Source: a virus (lineage: Duplodnaviria > Heunggongvirae > Uroviricota > Caudoviricetes). From it: a stretch of 15,679 bases of DNA. Location: positions 1-15,679 of IMG/VR virus record IMGVR_UViG_2778261463_000010; one strand, given 5' to 3'. The notes beneath the pieces were generated by a model, which did no database searches, was not told the DNA's origin, and saw only the letters and a list, made by a program, of their open reading frames with translations. Both the position numbers and the translations under genes were made by a program. Below, piece by piece: positions 1 through 8,679 of this stretch (positions are counted from its first letter, which is position 1; each line of letters begins with the position of its first letter).

Positions 1-76
1 CCATTTGATCATATGACAAGATGTGTATCCACCTTAACTTAATGATTTTTACCAAAATCATTAGGGGATTCATCAG
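1..76 (-). mobile_element. IS10 (Tn10-type) outside terminal end; element body lies left of the window
   Basis: Reverse complement of 1-76 reads CTGATGAATCCCCTAATGATTTTGGTAAAAATCATTAAGTTAAGGTGGATACACATCTTGTCATATGATCAAATGG, which matches the recalled IS10 outside end. The chromosomal reading frame resumes at position 77. Confidence 0.8.
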
Positions 77-690
77 TGCTCGGTGTCTTTGTGCTGGCGC
101 TGCTGGGCTGGATTTTCAGTAAGTCTCTGGGGGTTGATGAATCCACCGTGGCAATCGTTGTTATGGCAACCATGCTGCTGCTGGGTATCGTTACCTGGGA
201 AGACGTGGTTAAAAATAAAGGCGGCTGGAATACCTTAATCTGGTACGGCGGTATTATCGGCTTAAGCTCCTTATTATCGAAAGTTAAATTCTTCGAATGG
301 TTAGCTGAAGTCTTTAAAAATAACCTGGCATTTGATGGTCACGGTAACGTTGCTTTCTTCGTTATTATTTTCCTCAGCATTATCGTGCGTTATTTCTTCG
401 CTTCCGGTAGTGCCTATATCGTTGCTATGTTACCGGTATTTGCCATGCTGGCGAACGTCTCCGGCGCACCGTTAATGTTAACCGCGCTGGCACTGTTGTT
501 CTCCAACTCCTATGGCGGCATGGTTACTCACTATGGCGGCGCGGCAGGTCCGGTCATCTTTGGCGTGGGTTATAACGATATTAAATCCTGGTGGTTGGTC
601 GGTGCGGTACTGACGATATTAACCTTCCTGGTGCATATCACCCTCGGCGTGTGGTGGTGGAATATGCTGATCGGCTGGAACATGCTGTAA
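77..690 (+). pseudogene. ybhI: 3' portion (about 204 codons) of ybhI-like anion transporter gene, interrupted by the IS10 end
   Basis: Highly hydrophobic multi-helix ORF ending at 690, directly upstream of ybhJ as in the known attλ neighbourhood. An in-frame stop lies within the IS10 sequence upstream, so the gene is split. Confidence 0.7.
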
Positions 691-815
691 ATATTCTCGT
701 CATACTTCAAGTTGCATGTGCTGCGTCTGCGTTCGCTCACCCCAGTCACTTACTTATGTAAGCTCCTGGGGATTCACTCGCTTGTCGCCTTCCTGCAACT
801 CGAATTATTTAGAGT
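690..815. repeat. ERIC (enterobacterial repetitive intergenic consensus) element
   Basis: Contains ATGTAAGCTCCTGGGGATTCAC (755-776) and the reverse complement of AAGTAAGTGACTGGGGTGAGCG (735-756), the two classical ERIC primer sites, within an imperfect palindrome between ybhI and ybhJ. Confidence 0.75.
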
Positions 816-872
816 ATATCCATTTATTATCTTTCTGCGCACTTCACGGTGCGCAGATATCTGGAGCATTTG

Positions 873-3134
873 ATGATCAAGTTATCTGAAAAAGGCGTGT
901 TTCTCGCCAGTAATAACGAAATAATTGCCGAAGAACATTTCACCGGCGAAATTAAAAAAGAAGAAGCCAAAAAAGGCACTATTGCCTGGTCTATTCTCTC
1001 TTCGCATAATACGTCCGGAAATATGGATAAACTTAAAATTAAGTTTGATTCATTAGCCTCTCACGATATTACCTTTGTTGGTATTGTACAGACCGCTAAA
1101 GCGTCCGGTATGGAACGTTTCCCGCTGCCGTATGTGCTGACCAACTGCCATAACTCACTCTGCGCCGTCGGCGGCACTATTAACGGTGATGACCATGTTT
1201 TTGGTTTATCGGCGGCCCAGCGTTATGGCGGTATTTTTGTGCCTCCGCATATTGCGGTCATCCATCAATATATGCGTGAGATGATGGCAGGCGGCGGCAA
1301 AATGATCCTCGGGTCAGACAGCCACACCCGTTACGGTGCATTAGGGACAATGGCAGTCGGTGAGGGCGGCGGTGAGTTGGTAAAACAGCTGCTTAATGAC
1401 ACCTGGGATATCGACTATCCGGGCGTGGTTGCGGTGCATCTGACCGGAAAACCTGCGCCGTATGTGGGGCCACAGGATGTGGCGCTGGCTATCATTGGCG
1501 CGGTGTTCAAAAACGGTTACGTCAAAAACAAAGTCATGGAGTTCGTTGGACCGGGCGTTAGCGCGCTCTCTACCGATTTCCGTAACAGCGTTGACGTGAT
1601 GACCACTGAAACGACCTGTTTAAGTTCTGTCTGGCAAACCGATGAAGAAGTCCATAACTGGCTGGCGCTGCACGGTCGCGGCCAGGATTACTGCCAGCTT
1701 AACCCTCAACCGATGGCGTACTACGATGGCTGCATCAGCGTTGATTTAAGCGCCATCAAACCAATGATTGCGCTGCCGTTCCACCCGAGCAACGTGTATG
1801 AAATCGACACACTGAACCAGAACCTGACCGACATTCTGCGTGAGATTGAAATTGAGTCCGAACGCGTGGCGCACGGTAAAGCCAAACTCTCGCTGCTGGA
1901 TAAAGTGGAAAATGGTCGCCTGAAAGTGCAGCAGGGGATTATCGCGGGCTGTTCTGGCGGTAACTACGAAAACGTCATCGCGGCGGCGAATGCACTGCGC
2001 GGTCAATCCTGTGGCAATGACACCTTCTCGCTGGCAGTTTACCCGTCATCACAGCCGGTGTTTATGGATCTCGCCAAAAAAGGTGTGGTAGCAGATTTGA
2101 TTGGCGCAGGCGCAATCATCAGAACCGCGTTCTGCGGCCCATGCTTTGGCGCGGGCGATACGCCAATCAACAACGGTTTGAGTATTCGCCACACCACGCG
2201 TAACTTCCCGAACCGCGAAGGCTCTAAGCCAGCTAATGGGCAGATGTCAGCGGTGGCGTTGATGGACGCTCGTTCTATCGCTGCGACTGCGGCAAACGGT
2301 GGCTATTTAACCTCTGCCAGCGAACTTGATTGCTGGGACAACGTGCCGGAGTACGCCTTCGATGTAACGCCGTATAAAAACCGTGTTTATCAGGGCTTTG
2401 TGAAAGGGGCAACTCAGCAACCGCTGATTTACGGGCCGAACATTAAAGACTGGCCGGAATTGGGTGCGCTGACTGACAATATCGTCCTGAAAGTGTGCTC
2501 GAAGATCCTCGACGAAGTGACCACCACCGACGAACTGATTCCTTCCGGTGAAACCTCTTCTTATCGTTCAAATCCGATTGGTCTGGCGGAGTTTACCCTG
2601 TCTCGCCGCGATCCCGGTTATGTTAGCAGAAGTAAAGCGACTGCTGAGCTGGAAAATCAGCGTCTGGCGGGGAATGTCAGCGAGCTGACAGAGGTGTTTG
2701 CGCGCATTAAGCAGATTGCTGGTCAGGAGCATATTGATCCGCTGCAAACTGAAATTGGCAGCATGGTCTATGCGGTGAAACCAGGCGATGGTTCTGCGCG
2801 TGAACAGGCGGCGAGCTGCCAGCGTGTGATTGGCGGTCTGGCGAATATTGCCGAGGAGTACGCGACTAAACGCTATCGTTCTAACGTCATCAACTGGGGG
2901 ATGTTACCGCTGCAAATGGCGGAAGTACCAACCTTTGAAGTGGGGGATTACATTTACATCCCTGGCATTAAAGCGGCGCTGGATAATCCGGGTACGACGT
3001 TTAAAGGTTATGTGATCCATGAAGATGCGCCGGTAACGGAAATTACGCTCTATATGGAAAGTCTGACTGCTGAAGAGCGCGAGATTATCAAGGCGGGTAG
3101 TTTGATTAACTTCAATAAAAACCGTCAGATGTAA
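873..3134 (+). CDS. ybhJ: Aconitase-family protein YbhJ (753 aa)
   Basis: Long ORF with aconitase-like Cys/Gly-rich motifs. ATG at 873 is preceded by GGAG at 863-866. The six-frame track's longer form starts at GTG 849. Confidence 0.88.
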
Positions 3135-3147
3135 AAAGCGCCATGTG

Positions 3148-3352
<205 letters not shown>

Positions 3353-3367
3353 AATAGTTAATTGCTC

Positions 3368-4651
3368 TTACTTCTTCGCCTCTGCAACCACTTTACTACC
3401 CACGCCGCGGTTATTGTATTCCCACATGCGGTTGTAGTTAGTGTCATTCAGATTGCGCTGTATTTCGTCGTTATCATCTACGCTGCCGGTATTACCCGCA
3501 AACGGACGATTAGAGATCACCGCATCGGCCCACGGTTTAGCCGTGTTAAAACCTTCGTTGATGGCGCTATCACGGATCACCACCTGACCGTTGGTATTGG
3601 CATCAACATCCAGCGAGCGGCCCAGTTGCGCCACACCATCACCGAAAGCATTGAAACGGCTGTTTACGGCGAGGAAACCGTAGTAAATGTTGGACAGCGT
3701 AGCCGGTGCAAACACATACGCTTCTTGCTGAGTACGTGAGTTCACCACGCGGAATTCGGTGTTATCGAACACCACTGCGCCGCGACCAGAAACGATATCC
3801 ACATCCCCTTCAATGTAGCTGTTGGTCACCAGCGTACGCGGCTGACGATTTGTTTCCAGACGGTTCTGCACACCGCTGTTGGTGACAAAGAAGGTGTTCT
3901 GACGACCGAGAATGTTAACGTTGTTAATCTGTACCTGGTCACCATCAGTACGCAGTGCCACCGCCGGATGGTTACCTGCATCTACGCTATCGCCCAGCGT
4001 GTTTTCGATGGTCAGATTTTGCAGTTGCAGGCCATTGTTTTGTGACCAGAAGACCGCAGAGCAGAGAACACCGATACTGTCGCTGCGTTTGCTCTGGCAG
4101 CTATCGTACATATACCACGCTGGTTTACCTGGCATATATTTGCCGCGCGGGTTGACGTCGTGACGCCAGTCGGCAGGGCTCATGCCACCATCAAGGGAAA
4201 GCCCAATCTTCACATCAATCGGTTTTTCACCTGTACCGTACAGAGTAATTCCACCCGGAGCGGCAGGGACATATACCGTTCCCTGATACTCACCAGGCAT
4301 CACGGCAATATACTGGCGCTTGTTGGTACGCTTGATAATTGCCGCATCTACCGCCGCCTGAATCGTGGTATGCGTTACACCTTGAGTGCCCGCCGGGTCG
4401 ACAACAAAGTCAGGTTGCGCAGGCAGGGTAATCGGGGAAGGATTCCACGCTGCAGCACCTGGTGTCAGGGATGCAAAATAGTGTTGAGCATCGAAATTCT
4501 GCGCTTCTTTTGCCGACAGAATCGGGCGAGAAGAGGTACCAGGCGCGGTTTGATCAGAAGGACGTTGATCGGGCGGGGTTGAGCTACAGGCGGTCAGCGT
4601 CACGCCAAAAGCCAATGCCAGCGCCAGACGGGAAACTGAAAATGTGTTCAC
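3368..4651 (-). CDS. ybhC: Outer-membrane lipoprotein YbhC (pectinesterase-like, 427 aa)
   Basis: ORF with signal peptide and lipobox LTAC. GTG start preceded by GGAG. Sits immediately chromosomal-side of the att core, as expected for the attλ left flank. Confidence 0.88.
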   Translation of the reverse strand: MNTFSVSRLALALAFGVTLTACSSTPPDQRPSDQTAPGTSSRPILSAKEAQNFDAQHYFASLTPGAAAWNPSPITLPAQPDFVVDPAGTQGVTHTTIQAAVDAAIIKRTNKRQYIAVMPGEYQGTVYVPAAPGGITLYGTGEKPIDVKIGLSLDGGMSPADWRHDVNPRGKYMPGKPAWYMYDSCQSKRSDSIGVLCSAVFWSQNNGLQLQNLTIENTLGDSVDAGNHPAVALRTDGDQVQINNVNILGRQNTFFVTNSGVQNRLETNRQPRTLVTNSYIEGDVDIVSGRGAVVFDNTEFRVVNSRTQQEAYVFAPATLSNIYYGFLAVNSRFNAFGDGVAQLGRSLDVDANTNGQVVIRDSAINEGFNTAKPWADAVISNRPFAGNTGSVDDNDEIQRNLNDTNYNRMWEYNNRGVGSKVVAEAKK

Positions 4652-4689
4652 AGGTTGCTCCGGGCTATGAAATAGAAAAATGAATCCGT

Positions 4690-4784
4690 TGAAGCCTGCT
4701 TTTTATACTAAGTTGGCATTATAAAAAAGCATTGCTTATCAATTTGTTGCAACGAACAGGTCACTATCAGTCAAAATAAAATCA
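4690..4784. other. attL: Prophage attL: att core plus lambda P' arm
   Basis: GCTTTTTATACTAA at 4698-4711 followed by GTTGGCATTATAAAAAAGCATTGCTTATCAATTTGTTGCAACGAACAGGTCACTATCAGTCAAAATAAAATCATTATTTG, which matches the recalled lambda P' arm, running up to the int stop. Confidence 0.9.
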
Positions 4785-5855
4785 TTATTTGATTTCAATT
4801 TTGTCCCACTCCCTGCCTCTGTCATCACGATACTGTGATGCCATGGTGTCCGACTTATGCCCGAGAAGATGTTGAGCAAATTTATCGCTTATCTGCTTCT
4901 CATAGAGTCTTGCAGACAAACTGCGCAACTCGTGAAAGGTTGGCGGATCCCCTTCGAAGGAGAGACCTGATGCTTTTCGTGCGCGCATAAAATACCTTGA
5001 TACTGTGCCGGATGAAAGCGGTTCACGACGAGTAGATGCAATTATGGTTTCTCCGCCAAGAATCTTTTTGCATTTATCAAGTGTTTCCTTCATTGATATC
5101 CCGAGAGCATCAACATGCAATGTTGTTGGGATGGCAATTTTTACGCCTGTTTTGCTTTGCTCGACATAAAGATATCCATCTACGATATCAGACCACTTCA
5201 TTTCGCATAAATCACCAACTCGCTGCCCGGTAACAACAGCCAGTTCCATTGCAAGTCTAAGCCAACATGGTGATGATTCTGCTGCTTGATAAATTTTCAG
5301 GTATTCGTCAGCCGTAAGTCTTGATCTCCTTACCTCTGATTTTGCAGCGCGAGTGGCTGCGACCGGGTTTGTTGTTATATGGCCTTCAGCCATAGCCTCT
5401 CGGAATGCATCGCTCAGTGTTGATCTGATTAACTTGGCTGATGCCGCCTTTCCCTCGTCTATGTATCCATTGAGCATTGCCGCAATTTCTTTTGTGGTGA
5501 TGTCTTCAAGTGGAGCATCAGGCAGACCCCTCCTTATTGCTTTAATTTTGCTCATGTAATTTATGAGTGTCTTCTGCTTGATTCCTCTGCTGGCCAGGAT
5601 TTTTTCGTAGCGATCAAGCCATGAATGTAACGTAACGGAATTATCACTGTTGATTCTCGCTGTCAGAGGCTTGTGTTTGTGTCCTGAAAATAACTCAATG
5701 TTGGCCTGTATAGCTTCAGTGATTGCGATTCGCCTGTCTCGGCCTAATCCAAACTCTTTACCCGTCCTTGGGTCCCTGTAGCAGTAATATCCATTGTTTC
5801 TTATATAAAGGTTAGGGGGTAAATCCCGGCGCTCATGACTTCGCCTTCTTCCCAT
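4785..5855 (-). CDS. int: Lambda-type tyrosine integrase Int (356 aa)
   Basis: Translation MGRRRSHERRDLPPNLYIRNNGYYCYRDPRTGKEF...REWDKIEIK is essentially the recalled lambda Int, with the catalytic C-terminal HxxR...Y region present. Confidence 0.97.
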   Translation of the reverse strand: MGRRRSHERRDLPPNLYIRNNGYYCYRDPRTGKEFGLGRDRRIAITEAIQANIELFSGHKHKPLTARINSDNSVTLHSWLDRYEKILASRGIKQKTLINYMSKIKAIRRGLPDAPLEDITTKEIAAMLNGYIDEGKAASAKLIRSTLSDAFREAMAEGHITTNPVAATRAAKSEVRRSRLTADEYLKIYQAAESSPCWLRLAMELAVVTGQRVGDLCEMKWSDIVDGYLYVEQSKTGVKIAIPTTLHVDALGISMKETLDKCKKILGGETIIASTRREPLSSGTVSRYFMRARKASGLSFEGDPPTFHELRSLSARLYEKQISDKFAQHLLGHKSDTMASQYRDDRGREWDKIEIK

Positions 5856-5949
5856 TTCTGATCCTCTTCAAAAGGCTACCTGTTACTGGTCGATTTAAGT
5901 CAACCTTTACCGCTGATTCGTGGAACAGATATTCTCTTCCATCCTTAAC
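5833..5949 (-). pseudogene. xis: 3' remnant of excisionase gene xis (about the last 38 codons); 5' half replaced
   Basis: Minus strand encodes ...VKDGREYLFHESAVKVDLNRPVTGGLLKRIRNGKKAKS*, overlapping the int start as in lambda. Reading upstream, an in-frame TAG occurs with no start codon, and the sequence diverges from lambda beyond about 5949. Confidence 0.8.
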
Positions 5950-6123
5950 GCAGATCGGATGATTACCGGTTCGCTACCAGGGAAGAACGGGAAGGAAAGG
6001 TGAGCACGAATCTGATTTTCAAGGAGTGTCGCCAGAGTGCCGCGATGAAGCGGATGTTGGCATTTTATCGCGGCAATTTTCAATAGACTATGTACATAAA
6101 AATATCATTTTTTTAATACATGT

Positions 6124-6315
6124 CTAATTATTGGACGAAATTGGTTTTTGCTTTGGTTTAGTTAGCCTAGCAATCAAGCCAGAGGCAATAATGATGATCC
6201 AAGCAATTTGATGCAATGCTACTCCAATATAAGAACCTTTATAGATAATAAAGGCATAGATCGCTAGAAACGAAATAAATATCCATAACGAAAGTTGATA
6301 AATTTTGGCGCGCAT
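6124..6315 (-). CDS. Hypothetical small membrane protein (63 aa, two predicted TM helices, basic C-terminus)
   Basis: ORF MRAKIYQLSLWIFISFLAIYAFIIYKGSYIGVALHQIAWIIIIASGLIARLTKPKQKPISSNN. Two hydrophobic stretches. No clear Shine-Dalgarno. Lies in the AT-rich island, divergent from the lipoprotein operon. Confidence 0.45.
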   Translation of the reverse strand: MRAKIYQLSLWIFISFLAIYAFIIYKGSYIGVALHQIAWIIIIASGLIARLTKPKQKPISSNN

Positions 6316-6571
6316 ATTTAATCCAATCAATCAGAAAGACGAGTAATCATAGAGGTACTATCACCCGGGTAACTATTGCTATTATGAACGGATAGGATAG
6401 AGGCTTCAATAACATATGCATCAAGTATGATGGAATATGTAGGTGAAAATGACTTGTGTCAAATTTGTGGAAATGAGTACCATGTTTCTCTGAAATTGAT
6501 GTCGTTAATGGCTAGTGATAGTGAACTTTTTTACTTTATAATTCCTTTGGTTATAACAATAAGGTAAATTT

Positions 6572-7132
6572 ATGAAGAAGATAATATTATTAGCCATGAT
6601 TATTGGTTCTTTAACAGGTTGCGCTAGTGTGCCACCATTGAATTTTTCAACACCTAACGTGGGAGTTAGCCAGAAAAAAATAGATGCTGAAATTAAGTCA
6701 TTAACGGTATCACTTGCTCGTCCAGATGAGCAGAAAGGGGATATCACTGCTGGTATGGAGGCTATAACTCCAATTTGGCGTGAATCTTTGCAGGAAGCAC
6801 TCGACCGAATGACTATTTTTCGTGATAGTTCACCAAATACGGTTAGCTTAAATGTTAAAGTGTTGGCTCTTGACGTTCCTGCTTTTGGTGTTTCAATGAC
6901 AACTAAAGCAATTGCAAGGTATGAAATAATCAACCGTGCGAATGGTGATATTATATATACGCAGGATATTGAGTCTACCGGTACTGTTCCAGCCAGTTAC
7001 GCATTCTACGGTATTGTTCGAGCACGCGAATCTGTTAATCGCGCGGTGCAAAACAACATAACGCAGTTCTTGCAAGCATTAGAAAGTGTTGATCTTTCTC
7101 GTCCAATGTTTCCTGTTAGGGTAGCTAAATGA
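6572..7132 (+). CDS. Hypothetical lipoprotein (186 aa), first gene of a two-gene operon
   Basis: Signal peptide MKKIILLAMIIGSLTGC with lipobox LTGC. AAGG 6 nt upstream of the ATG. AT-rich codon usage. Stop overlaps the next start (ATGA). Confidence 0.8.
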   Translation: MKKIILLAMIIGSLTGCASVPPLNFSTPNVGVSQKKIDAEIKSLTVSLARPDEQKGDITAGMEAITPIWRESLQEALDRMTIFRDSSPNTVSLNVKVLALDVPAFGVSMTTKAIARYEIINRANGDIIYTQDIESTGTVPASYAFYGIVRARESVNRAVQNNITQFLQALESVDLSRPMFPVRVAK

Positions 7133-7635
7133 AGCGATTATTCGTAATTGCTCCACTCTTAGTGTTGGTTGGATGCGCACAAAATATATCGCCAAATAGT
7201 TATTCTGTTGGCTCTGTGGGCATGGTTAATCGAACTATCGCTGGTACAGTTATTAGTGCTAGGGGGGTTGATATCAGTGGGACTTCCGCGTTAGGCGGGA
7301 CTGCTGGGGCTGCCGTGGGGGCAACCGCTGGTTCTGCGCTTGGTGGGGGAGTTCGTTCTAATATCGTTGGTGCCGTTGGTGGTGCAGTCATTGGTGGTAT
7401 TGCCGGGGCAGCAATCGAATCTTCAGCAACAAAACAAACAGGCATGGAATATGTTGTCGAAACTGAGAATGGGAATTTAATGACCATTGTTCAAGGCAAA
7501 GATCCGTTATTTACTCAAGGAAGTAAGGTCCTTGTTTTATACGGAAACCCTTCTCGCATAATAACAGACCGCGTCACTAACATACCTTTTGATTTTGTAA
7601 AATCAATTCGTAATAATAAAGTCATCGGAGCTTGA
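7129..7635 (+). CDS. SlyB/Pcp-like glycine-zipper outer-membrane lipoprotein (168 aa)
   Basis: Lipobox LVGC. Gly/Ala zipper GTSALGGTAGAAVGATAGSALGGG...GAVGGAVIGGIAGAAI followed by a beta-rich C-terminal segment (NGNLMTIVQGKD...SKVLVLYGNP). This matches the domain order I recall for SlyB. Start overlaps the upstream stop. Confidence 0.8.
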   Translation: MKRLFVIAPLLVLVGCAQNISPNSYSVGSVGMVNRTIAGTVISARGVDISGTSALGGTAGAAVGATAGSALGGGVRSNIVGAVGGAVIGGIAGAAIESSATKQTGMEYVVETENGNLMTIVQGKDPLFTQGSKVLVLYGNPSRIITDRVTNIPFDFVKSIRNNKVIGA

Positions 7636-7770
7636 ACAACTCCGGTGACTTCTGCGCTAAACGGGGACGTTTATGCGCACATACAATCCAAACTCTCTTC
7701 TCCCTTCACAGATGCAGAAATGCACCTGCGATTTTTTGCATCCAGCGTCTGACCTCTGCGGAGGTGAAGC

Positions 7771-8226
7771 GTGAACCTACCACAAGATGGCATCAAACTG
7801 CATCGCGGTAACTTCACCGCTATCGGCCAGCAGATCCAGCCTTATCTGGAGGACGGAAAATGCTTTCGCATGGTGCTTAAACCGTGGCGTGAGAAACGCA
7901 GTCTTTCCCAGAATGCACTCAGCCACATGTGGTACAGCGAAATCAGTGAATACCTCATCAGCAGGGGGAAATCGTTCGCTACCGCAGCATGGGTAAAAGA
8001 TGCTCTCAAACACACATACCTCGGTTATGAAACCAAGGACCTGGTTGATGTCGTAACCGGCGAAATCACTACTATCCAGTCGTTACGCCATACCTCCGAT
8101 CTTGATACCGGAGAGATGTATATCTTCCTGTGTAAGGTTGAAGCCTGGGCGGTGAATATTGGCTGCCACCTGACTATTCCGCAGAGCTGCGAGTTCCAGC
8201 AGCTCCGCGACAAACAGGAGGCGTAA
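7771..8226 (+). CDS. ybcN: NinB-family protein (YbcN-like, 151 aa)
   Basis: GTG start with GGAGGTG upstream. Shares the RSLxQN motif with lambda NinB. Gene order matches DLP12 ybcN-ninE-ybcO-rusA. Confidence 0.85.
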   Translation: MNLPQDGIKLHRGNFTAIGQQIQPYLEDGKCFRMVLKPWREKRSLSQNALSHMWYSEISEYLISRGKSFATAAWVKDALKHTYLGYETKDLVDVVTGEITTIQSLRHTSDLDTGEMYIFLCKVEAWAVNIGCHLTIPQSCEFQQLRDKQEA

Positions 8227-8396
8227 TGGCTACACCGCTTATTCGTGTCATGAACGGACACATCTACAGAGTACCAAATCGTCGTAAGCGTAAACCGGAG
8301 CTGAAGCCTTCCGAAATACCAACACTGCTCGGATATACCGCCAGCCTGGTTGATAAAAAATGGTTGCGACTGGCAGCAAGGAGGAGTCATGGCTGA
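8226..8396 (+). CDS. ninE: NinE-family protein (56 aa)
   Basis: ATG overlaps the ybcN stop (TAATG). Basic RRKRKP...WLRL pattern as in lambda NinE. Below the ORF-track length cutoff. Confidence 0.7.
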   Translation: MATPLIRVMNGHIYRVPNRRKRKPELKPSEIPTLLGYTASLVDKKWLRLAARRSHG

Positions 8397-8679
8397 TTTG
8401 AGAAAAGCAGCGCGTGGTCGGGAATGCCAGGTAAGAATCCCTGGCGTATGTAATGGCAACCCTGAAACGTCTGTACTGGCACATATCCGGCTGACTGGAT
8501 TGTGCGGCACCGGTACGAAACCGCCAGACCTGATTGCCACCATTGCATGTTCTGCCTGCCACGACGAAATCGACCGCCGCACACATTTTGTCGATGCTGC
8601 ATATGCAAAAGAATGCGCGCTGGAAGGTATGGCGAGAACACAGGTTATCTGGCTGAAAGAGGGGGTTATTAAGGCGTGA
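8389..8679 (+). CDS. ybcO: YbcO-like protein (DUF1364, putative nuclease, 96 aa)
   Basis: ATG at 8389 preceded by AGGAGG. Cys-rich CxxC...CxxC pattern. Overlaps the ninE stop by 8 nt. Confidence 0.82.
   Translation: MADLRKAARGRECQVRIPGVCNGNPETSVLAHIRLTGLCGTGTKPPDLIATIACSACHDEIDRRTHFVDAAYAKECALEGMARTQVIWLKEGVIKA

Noticed and set aside
849-872. Longer N-terminal extensions in the ORF track (ybhJ from GTG 849, porin from 10975, Rz from 12200, Q from 9246, holin from 11458, ybcV to 13822, Nu1 from 14873)
   Set aside because: The internal ATG or GTG starts are each preceded by a Shine-Dalgarno and give proteins matching the recalled lengths and N-termini of the known homologues. The track simply reports the longest frame.
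3362-4683. Five plus-strand ORFs (3362-3739, 3912-4163, 3955-4155, 4160-4582, 4462-4683)
   Set aside because: All lie antisense within ybhC, which is supported by a lipoprotein signal peptide and its expected genomic position.
5036-5559. Plus-strand ORFs 5036-5233 and 5353-5559
   Set aside because: Antisense within the integrase gene.
6427-6564. 45-aa plus-strand ORF with a CxxC motif ending just before the lipoprotein operon
   Set aside because: No Shine-Dalgarno, and it lies in an AT-rich promoter-like region where chance ORFs are common. Kept only as a remote possibility for a leader peptide.
6505-7075. Minus-strand ORFs 6505-6933 and 6893-7075
   Set aside because: Overlap lipoprotein 1 in antisense; no signal peptide or SD. 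The plus-strand lipoprotein with lipobox and RBS is the better model.
7200-7487. 95-aa minus-strand Pro/Ala-rich ORF
   Set aside because: Antisense artefact of the Gly/Ala-zipper codons of lipoprotein 2.
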